Below, in pieces: positions 57,329 to 64,000 of a stretch of 64,000 bases of DNA. How positions within the stretch are numbered: position 1 is the first letter of the stretch; the number at the start of each line of letters is the position of its first letter. Source of the DNA: Helicobacteraceae bacterium (GTDB lineage: Bacteria; Campylobacterota; Campylobacteria; Campylobacterales; SZUA-545). The notes beneath the pieces are model-generated. The model did no database searches and had not been told where the DNA came from. It was given only the letters and a program-made list of their open reading frames with translations. The translations under genes were made by a program, and so were the position numbers. The DNA lies in contig JAIRWX010000021.1 of NCBI GenBank assembly GCA_031268655.1, positions 4,303 to 68,302 of the forward strand, given 5' to 3'.

Positions 57329-58582
57329 TTGAACGCAAGTCGTATTGGTTTTATCATGTTTTCGCTTGCCGCGCTTATGGCGGCGGGCTTTAGCGCGTGG
57401 TTTTCGGAGCGCGTCAACGCCAACATGTTGCTTGTGTTCGCGCACTTTTTTTTCTTTATCGCGCTCGCTCTGTCCGCGCGTTTTGGGCGGCTAAATCCGC
57501 TTTACGCGCTTCTGCTTGCTTGGATTATAGGCTCGCTATTGACAAATAGTTTCGTCTTCGCCGATCGCGTCGATCCCGAAGCGGCTCGTCTATTGCGGCT
57601 TGCCGCGTGGTATCTCGCGCCGCTTAATTTTGCGGTTTTCGCTTGGCTCGAAGAACGTTCGCCGCTTTCCGCATCCACGTTAATCAGGGTTCTGATGGTA
57701 GCGCTAGAGCTGGGCGTTATTTTATTTATCGCCTTCGGCGAATGGGCGCCGGGGGCTTTCGACGCGCTCGCCGCAACGCCTTTTGAATCGATCGGAACGT
57801 TTGACGGCATTCCGCAGATCGCGCTTATTTTCATCGCGCTCGCCGTAATCGCGCTGATCGTTAAGATATTTATGGAACGTCATAAAACGCTTGCGATCGC
57901 TATGCTGTTCGCTTTTCTGGATATGATCGGCGCGCTTTCTTTCTACCCAAATCGCGGCGTTGAAGCCGCCTTTTTGCTAGCCGCCGCCGTAGTAGTCGCG
58001 GCGGGATTTGTACATCTGTCCTACAGGCTCGCGTATTACGACGAACTCACCGGAACGCTTGGTCGGCGCGCGCTGTCTGAAGCTCTGTCCAAACTTTCGG
58101 GACGTTACGCGATCGCTATGGCGGATATAGATCATTTCAAGAGGTTCAACGACGAGCACGGGCACGACGCGGGCGATCAGGCGCTTAAGATGGTCGCGTC
58201 GAAACTCGCGCAAATTCGCGGCGGCGGAAAAGTCTATCGCTACGGCGGCGAGGAGTTTGCGATCATATTTAACGGCAAAACCAAAAGCGAAGCCGCGCCC
58301 TACTTGGAAGAGGCGCGCAAAGCGACGGAGGAGTCGCCCTTTATTAAACGATCGCTCAGGCGTCCTAAAGCAAAACTCAAAAATTATCGCAAGGTTCGCG
58401 GCAAAAGCGACGGCTATACGCGAATACCCGTAACGATCAGCGTCGGCGTAGCCGACAACGAAAACGGATTCGCGCAAAATAACGCGATCAAATTAGCCGA
58501 CAAGGCGCTGTATATAGCCAAAGAGATGGGGCGCAACCGCGTCGTTATACAAGGAAAATGGTGTTCAAAATCGCGATCATAG
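57329..58582 (+). CDS. Integral-membrane diguanylate cyclase (GGDEF)
   Basis: About 7 N-terminal TM helices followed by a GGDEF domain with RYGGEEF. TTG start. Confidence 0.8.
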   Translation: MNASRIGFIMFSLAALMAAGFSAWFSERVNANMLLVFAHFFFFIALALSARFGRLNPLYALLLAWIIGSLLTNSFVFADRVDPEAARLLRLAAWYLAPLNFAVFAWLEERSPLSASTLIRVLMVALELGVILFIAFGEWAPGAFDALAATPFESIGTFDGIPQIALIFIALAVIALIVKIFMERHKTLAIAMLFAFLDMIGALSFYPNRGVEAAFLLAAAVVVAAGFVHLSYRLAYYDELTGTLGRRALSEALSKLSGRYAIAMADIDHFKRFNDEHGHDAGDQALKMVASKLAQIRGGGKVYRYGGEEFAIIFNGKTKSEAAPYLEEARKATEESPFIKRSLRRPKAKLKNYRKVRGKSDGYTRIPVTISVGVADNENGFAQNNAIKLADKALYIAKEMGRNRVVIQGKWCSKSRS

Positions 58583-59895
58583 GCAGACCAAACGCGGGCA
58601 AAAGCGCGCTGTTCAATCGGTTTATAAAAAAGAACGAGGCGATTGTAAGCGAAGTCGCGGGCGCGACGAGAGATATTAAGATCGCCCGCGCTATCGTCGG
58701 CGGATTCGAGGTCGAGGTTATGGATACGGGCGGGCTGGAAAACCGCGACGAAACCTTTGCCGTCGTTTGCAGAAAGGCGATCGAGGCGGCAAAAAACGCC
58801 GATCTGGCGCTGTTTTTAGTCGACGGACAGCTGCCGCCGAGCGACGAGGATAAACGGCTGTTTTACGAGGCGCAAAAGCAAAATCCCGCGATCGCGCTTG
58901 CGCTGAATAAGATAGATAACGCGGAACTTGAAAATCAACGATACGAGTACGCGAGTTTCGGCGCTAAAGAGCTTTACGCGATCTCATGTTCGCACAAGCG
59001 GGGTTTCGACGATCTGGAAAAACGAATTGGCGAGATTGTTCGCAAATCTCAAAAAGCCAACGTCGCGGAAAGAGGCGGCGAGGCGCTTTCAAGCGACGGC
59101 GAGGCGATCAGAGTGGCGATTATCGGTCGCCCCAACGCGGGCAAAAGCGCGCTGTTAAACGCGCTCGTAGGCTTCGAACGCTCCGTGGTAAGCCAAATCG
59201 CCGGCGCGACGACGGACCCCGTAGACGAGAAAATCGTTTACGGCGGGCGCGAAATCGTTTTTGTGGATACCGCCGGCGTTCGTAAGCGGGGCAGAATCAA
59301 AGGCATCGAGAAATTTGCCTTTGATCGCACGGAAAAAGCGCTGGAGATCGCCGATTTGGCGCTTATCGTTCTCGACGCAAGCGAGGAGTTCGCCGAGCTT
59401 GACGAGCGTATAGCCGGACTGACGAGCAAACACAAAACGGCGGCGATCATCGCGCTGAACAAGTACGATATTGCCCGAGATAGTTATAAAGCGCTGGAAA
59501 AAGCCGTGCGCGATCGCTTCGCGTTTCTAAGTTACGCGCCGATTATCTCTTTGAGCGCGACGACAAAAAAACGGGTCGATAAATTGGGCGCGTTGATTAT
59601 CGAGATTTACGAAAACTACTCGCGGCGCGTGCCGACGGCGCAGCTCAACAACATCGTATCCGAAGCCGCCGCCAGACATAAAACGCCGTCCGATCGCGGC
59701 AAGACGGTCAAAATTTATTACGCGACGCAATATGAAACCAAACCGCCCAAAATCGCGCTTATCTCCAACCGCCCAACGTCAATTCACTTCAGCTATTTGC
59801 GGTATTTAACCAATAAATTACGAGAAAATATCAATTTTCAGGGGTCGCCGATAGTAATCGAGGCAAAACTTAAGCAAAAAAACGGCGTAACTTAA
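58558..59895 (+). CDS. der: Ribosome-associated GTPase Der (EngA)
   Basis: Two tandem G domains, each with GRPNAGKS, and a C-terminal KH-like domain. Confidence 0.9.
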   Translation: MVFKIAIIGRPNAGKSALFNRFIKKNEAIVSEVAGATRDIKIARAIVGGFEVEVMDTGGLENRDETFAVVCRKAIEAAKNADLALFLVDGQLPPSDEDKRLFYEAQKQNPAIALALNKIDNAELENQRYEYASFGAKELYAISCSHKRGFDDLEKRIGEIVRKSQKANVAERGGEALSSDGEAIRVAIIGRPNAGKSALLNALVGFERSVVSQIAGATTDPVDEKIVYGGREIVFVDTAGVRKRGRIKGIEKFAFDRTEKALEIADLALIVLDASEEFAELDERIAGLTSKHKTAAIIALNKYDIARDSYKALEKAVRDRFAFLSYAPIISLSATTKKRVDKLGALIIEIYENYSRRVPTAQLNNIVSEAAARHKTPSDRGKTVKIYYATQYETKPPKIALISNRPTSIHFSYLRYLTNKLRENINFQGSPIVIEAKLKQKNGVT

Positions 59896-59954
59896 AGCGT
59901 CAAAATAGTAGGATAACGACAACTCTATACTTATCAGGGGGGTAGGCAACTATA

Positions 59955-61271
59955 ATGAAACAGTTGGGCTTTTTCGGAAAAATCCGCAATCGCTTTATTC
60001 TGTCGTTTTCGGTAATAGTCATTGTCCTTACTGTGGCTATTATCGGATTGCTGTGGCTCGACTACAGAGACATGACCAATAAAGCGGCTGAAGAATCGAT
60101 GACGCGCCTTAGCGACTCTATATTCCAGACGCTGTTTGTATCGATGAACTTCGGCGGCAGCGAACAAGTGCACAAGGCGCTTCAAGACGCGCAGGATAAA
60201 AATATCGTCGACCGTCTTGAGCTGCACGTATCCAAAGAGATCATCGACATTTTCCGCGTCGGCGAGCGGTTTAACCCGCCCGCCGAGATCGCCGAGGTTT
60301 TTTCGAGCGGTAAAGACGTGTTTCAGCCCGTCGAAAACGTAGGTTCCGTCAAGCGCGGCGCGCGCTACATTAAGCCGTTCAAAGCCGAAAGCGAATGCGT
60401 TCAGTGTCATGTCAACATTCAGGTTGATCAGGTGCTGGGCGTTATGGACTTGACGCTTTCGCAGGATAAATACGACGACATATCGAAGGCGTCGATTCAA
60501 AAGGTCGTTTTAGTAATGTTGGGCCTGATTGTGATCAGCGGCATTATTATGAACCTGATATCTACGCGCCTCATATTCTCGCCGCTTTACGAATTGCGCG
60601 ACGCGGTTAAGAGACTCGCCTCCACCGCCGGCGATCCCGACGTGAGACTGCAAGAACGCGGTTACAACGAGTTTGGCGAAGTCGCGCACCACTTCAACCG
60701 CTTTATCGACAAGGTTTACGTGATCAATCGTCGCCTCGGCGCCGAACAAAAGAAGACGCAAAAACTGCTCGAGGAACGCGAGATCGAGTTCCAACGCCGC
60801 GTGGACGAAGTGCGCAAATCCGATCGCGAGCAACGACGCTACGTTGAAATTGTCGATAACAACGTGATTATCTCGAGAACCGATCCGAGCGGCGTAATTG
60901 TCTCCGTGAGCGAAGCGTTCTGCCGCGCTTCAGGTTACTCCAAAGACGAGCTGATCAATATGCCGCACAACATTGTGCGCCATCCGACCACGCCTGCGCA
61001 AACGTTTATCGAGTTGTGGCACACCATTAAAGCGGGCGCGATCTGGCAGGGCGAACTCAAGAATCGCAAAAAAGACGGTTCGCCATACTGGGTGCGCATA
61101 GTGATCTCGCCGCTGTTTGACGATAAGAACGAGATCAAAGGTTACGTTGCGGTCTGCCTTGACATCACCGAGCAAAAAGAGCTTGAGGCTATGATGATCA
61201 GACCAACCGATCAAGACGTTGAAGCCGCGACGCCCGCGCCGTCGGCTAAAAAAACCTTCCGTTTTGAATAA
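59955..61271 (+). CDS. Sensor protein: TM-CxxCH periplasmic module-TM-HAMP-coiled coil-PAS, with no output domain
   Basis: CVQCH at nt 60396-60410. It is a paralogue of the next gene over its full length but ends after the PAS domain (DITEQKELE). Confidence 0.75.
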   Translation: MKQLGFFGKIRNRFILSFSVIVIVLTVAIIGLLWLDYRDMTNKAAEESMTRLSDSIFQTLFVSMNFGGSEQVHKALQDAQDKNIVDRLELHVSKEIIDIFRVGERFNPPAEIAEVFSSGKDVFQPVENVGSVKRGARYIKPFKAESECVQCHVNIQVDQVLGVMDLTLSQDKYDDISKASIQKVVLVMLGLIVISGIIMNLISTRLIFSPLYELRDAVKRLASTAGDPDVRLQERGYNEFGEVAHHFNRFIDKVYVINRRLGAEQKKTQKLLEEREIEFQRRVDEVRKSDREQRRYVEIVDNNVIISRTDPSGVIVSVSEAFCRASGYSKDELINMPHNIVRHPTTPAQTFIELWHTIKAGAIWQGELKNRKKDGSPYWVRIVISPLFDDKNEIKGYVAVCLDITEQKELEAMMIRPTDQDVEAATPAPSAKKTFRFE

Positions 61272-61293
61272 CGCGTCCCTCGACGCCGTCGGC

Positions 61294-61340
61294 TCCCGCC
61301 TCTGCACGGGCGGGGGGTCGGCTTGTTTGACGTTTTCTTT
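61294..61340 (+). terminator. Candidate intrinsic terminator
   Basis: GC hairpin cccgcc-tctgcac-gggcgg followed by T-rich cttgtttgacgttttctttgtttt, 23 nt after the stop at 61271. Confidence 0.45.
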
Positions 61341-61362
61341 GTTTTAGAGCTAGAGGATTGTA

Positions 61363-63183
61363 ATGGTTCGCACTGGAAAGCGAGGTATCCGAAAAGAAGA
61401 GTTACTTTTTTTTCAGAAGCTTCACGTAAGATTTGCCATCTGCGCTATCGTGGTGGTTGTAATTATGACCGCCGCCATTCTTATCATGTTCACCGAAGAC
61501 TACCGCGCAATGATCAACGAATCGGCAAAGACTTCTATGGAGAAGTTAAGCCGATCCATTTTTCAGACTTTGTTTGCGACTATGAGCAACGGCGGCTCGT
61601 CCGAACAGGTACTCAGCGCGCTCGAGCTGGTTAAAGGCGAAAACTACGTTGAAAGTCTGGAACTGTACGTTTCAAAAGCGGCGTTCATTGATCACAACGC
61701 AAGGCGAGACAAGCTTCCAGACGAAATTAAACATCTCATATCAAGCGGCGGCGATCGCGATCTTATTGTCGTCGATGAAGACGGCGTTAGAAGAATTCGA
61801 CATCTAAAGCCGTTTGTGGCGACAGAAAGCTGCATGATATGTCATACCAGAGCCAAAGTCGGCGATATGCTCGGCGTGATGGATTTAACTTTTTCGCTTG
61901 CCGAATACGACAAAATGTCAAGCGACTCGATCAAGCGGGTCGCGCTAATTATTTTAGCGCTTGCGATCGGCGGCGGCGTTCTTTTATTTCAACTCTCCTC
62001 AAGGCTGATCTTCGCGCCTATCAAAGACCTTGAAAACGCCACCGATCGCCTTGCAAAAAACGCGGGCGATCCGAACGTAAGGCTTGGCGAATGGGGCAAA
62101 AACGAGTTTGGGGTTATTGCCGATCACTTTAATCGTTTTATCGAGGCGGTTTATGAGATTAACCGCAAGCTAGAACAAGAAGAGACCAAAGTTAAGCGAC
62201 TATTAGAAGATCGCGAAGCGGAGATTGAAAGACGTACGGCGGAGATACGCGAGCTTAACCGCGAACTCAGCCGCCATCTGGAGCTGGTCGACGAGAACGT
62301 GATCACCACAAGAACCAATGCAAGCGGCGTTATCACCTATGTTTCCACCGCGTTTTGCAACATCTCCGGCTACTCCAAAGAGGAGCTTTTAGGGCAGACG
62401 CACAATATCGTGCGCCATCCCGACATGCCTGGCGAAGTTTTTACGGATCTCTGGAATACGATCAAACAAGGCGCGACTTGGAGCGGCGAAATTAAAAACC
62501 GCAAGAAAAGCGGAGGTTTTTTCTGGGCTCAAACCGCGATCTCGCCTATCTTTTCCGATACAAGCGCTATCAAGGGCTATCTCGCGATCAGACACGACAT
62601 CTCGTTGCAAAAAGAGCTGGCGGATACCTTGCAGAAACTAAGCGAGGCGACAAAGCAGTCGCACACGGACTCGCTGACGGGTATAATGAATCGTTTGAGA
62701 ATCAACGAGCTGTTGCAGATGGAGATAGATCGCGCGGCAAGATACGAGGAACATTTGAGCGTGGCTTTGCTGGATATAGACCATTTCAAAACGGTCAATG
62801 ATACCTACGGACACCTCGTAGGCGATCAAACGCTTAAGACGCTCGCGCAGATTCTTACGGCGCGAACCCGTAAAACGGACTTGGCGGCGCGCTGGGGCGG
62901 CGAGGAGTTTTTGCTCATATTGATCAATACTCCGCAGGAGTGGGCGACGCGTAAAATGGAGCAATTACGCGCAACCGTCGAATCGCACGATTTTGGCGGC
63001 GCTCCGAAAATAACGGTCAGCATCGGCGTATCCTCCTATAAGCGCGGCGACACGATTGAAAGTCTGGTCGGACGCGCCGACGTAGCTTTGTACCTAGCCA
63101 AAGAGAGCGGCAGAAACCGCGTGGAGAGCGCATCGAGCGACGAACTAAAACAGATTGACGTCGATTTATCGACGGAAACGTAG
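61363..63183 (+). CDS. Sensor diguanylate cyclase: TM-CxxCH periplasmic module-TM-HAMP-coiled coil-PAS-GGDEF
   Basis: CMICH at nt 61831-61845. GGDEF domain has RWGGEEF preceded by an RKTD I-site-like motif. Confidence 0.85.
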   Translation: MVRTGKRGIRKEELLFFQKLHVRFAICAIVVVVIMTAAILIMFTEDYRAMINESAKTSMEKLSRSIFQTLFATMSNGGSSEQVLSALELVKGENYVESLELYVSKAAFIDHNARRDKLPDEIKHLISSGGDRDLIVVDEDGVRRIRHLKPFVATESCMICHTRAKVGDMLGVMDLTFSLAEYDKMSSDSIKRVALIILALAIGGGVLLFQLSSRLIFAPIKDLENATDRLAKNAGDPNVRLGEWGKNEFGVIADHFNRFIEAVYEINRKLEQEETKVKRLLEDREAEIERRTAEIRELNRELSRHLELVDENVITTRTNASGVITYVSTAFCNISGYSKEELLGQTHNIVRHPDMPGEVFTDLWNTIKQGATWSGEIKNRKKSGGFFWAQTAISPIFSDTSAIKGYLAIRHDISLQKELADTLQKLSEATKQSHTDSLTGIMNRLRINELLQMEIDRAARYEEHLSVALLDIDHFKTVNDTYGHLVGDQTLKTLAQILTARTRKTDLAARWGGEEFLLILINTPQEWATRKMEQLRATVESHDFGGAPKITVSIGVSSYKRGDTIESLVGRADVALYLAKESGRNRVESASSDELKQIDVDLSTET

Positions 63184-63189
63184 TCTTAC

Positions 63190-64000
63190 ATGATCGATCT
63201 TAAAAGAGTCGAGCGGGACTACGAGACGTTTTATGCGCAGATCAGCCGTAAAATGGTCGAACGGACGCTTCTGGAATCGTTGAAAACCAAACTGCTCGAA
63301 GCTAAACGACTAAGGCGCGAGCTCGAGGAAAAGCAGACGCTGCAGAATCGCCTCAGCAAGGAGTTCGGCGCGCTTAAAGTAAGCGGCGGGGACGTTTCCG
63401 CATTGAACGCCGAGGTCGTCGAAAACAAGGGGACGATTATCGCGCTTACCGATCTGTTGCGATCGGCGGAGAACGCGCTCGACGTCGAGTCGCTGAATCT
63501 GCCAAACCCGCCCGATCCCGACGCGCCAAACGGCAGGGACGAAAACGACAACGTAGAACTAAAAAGAGTACTATCGCCGCGCATTTTTGATTTCAGTCCA
63601 AAACCGCATTACGAGCTTGGCGTAGAGCGCGGCTGGCTTGATTTTGAGCGCGCCGCCAAGATCGCGGGGGGTCGATTTACCGTTATGCGGGGTTTCGCGG
63701 CAAAGTTAGAACGCGCGCTGATCGCCTATATGATCGACTTTAACGAGGCTCGCGGTTTCAAGGAGGCATGGCTGCCTGTGCTGGTTAATCGCAGATCGCT
63801 TATCGGCACGGCTCAACTGCCCAAATTTGAGGCGGATTTATATCTTGCGGAAACGGGCGATCTGCCTGAAAACGATCTCTTTTTAACGCCCACCGCCGAA
63901 GTGCCGCTTGTTAATCTGTTTTACGACGAAATTATCCCCGAAGAGGAGCTGCCGATCAAACTGACCGCGCACACGCTATGTTTTCGCAAAGAGGCTGGCA
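63190..64000 (+). CDS. serS: Seryl-tRNA synthetase (5-prime part, truncated by window end)
   Basis: My own translation from the ATG at 63190 gives an N-terminal coiled-coil arm, then GGRFTVMRG, LPKFEADLY, LTPTAEVPL and CFRKEAG class II motifs. No stop occurs before 64000. Confidence 0.9.
   Translation, partial: MIDLKRVERDYETFYAQISRKMVERTLLESLKTKLLEAKRLRRELEEKQTLQNRLSKEFGALKVSGGDVSALNAEVVENKGTIIALTDLLRSAENALDVESLNLPNPPDPDAPNGRDENDNVELKRVLSPRIFDFSPKPHYELGVERGWLDFERAAKIAGGRFTVMRGFAAKLERALIAYMIDFNEARGFKEAWLPVLVNRRSLIGTAQLPKFEADLYLAETGDLPENDLFLTPTAEVPLVNLFYDEIIPEEELPIKLTAHTLCFRKEAG

Noticed and set aside
1-64000. CRISPR arrays, rRNA genes, IS elements, transposases and integrases.
   Set aside because: I found no regularly spaced direct repeats, no rRNA-like sequence and no ORF with DDE/transposase, tyrosine-recombinase or serine-recombinase hallmarks. 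The three accessory segments therefore lack visible mobility genes.

Overview
This is a 64-kb chromosomal window from a Campylobacterota-like genome. The evidence is the cdsA / coiled-coil ORF / NFACT gene order, pgl-type diNAcBac genes, ccoG, fliI, and recurring extended -10 boxes of the TGnTAnAAT type. The GC content is unusually high for that group, about mid-50s % by eye.

The window holds about 60 protein genes, densely packed and often translationally coupled through ATGA overlaps. Most are housekeeping: fliI, ilvBH, ilvE, ilvD, lpxD, ispA, deaD-like, slt, ychF, pepA, hisIE, ccdA, ccoG, nrdB, hemL, cmoB, cdsA, der and serS (cut by the window end). There are five tRNAs (Gly, Leu, Cys, Ser, Ser). 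Signalling genes are dense: one MCP and four GGDEF proteins, two of which also carry EAL.

There are three accessory insertions:
- An orphan 1034-aa internally duplicated giant ORF, of the type seen in phage or conjugative-element polyvalent proteins, followed by an 80-aa portal-like fragment. It sits between a thioesterase gene and ilvD.
- An AT-rich BcgI-like Type IIB restriction-modification islet between two tRNA-Ser genes.
- An AT-rich cassette with a Dam-like methyltransferase and a split PD-(D/E)xK nuclease, inserted between pglC-pglD and pglE.

At the word level, the host-like DNA is strongly enriched for GATC. The cyanobacterial-HIP1-type octamer GCGATCGC occurs about 40 times by eye, against a composition-only expectation of roughly 1-2. 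The two AT-rich islets lack it.

I saw no CRISPR array, rRNA, transposase or integrase. All calls come from reading the translations and the DNA for motifs. No database or HMM search was run, so family names are provisional and several start codons are uncertain.
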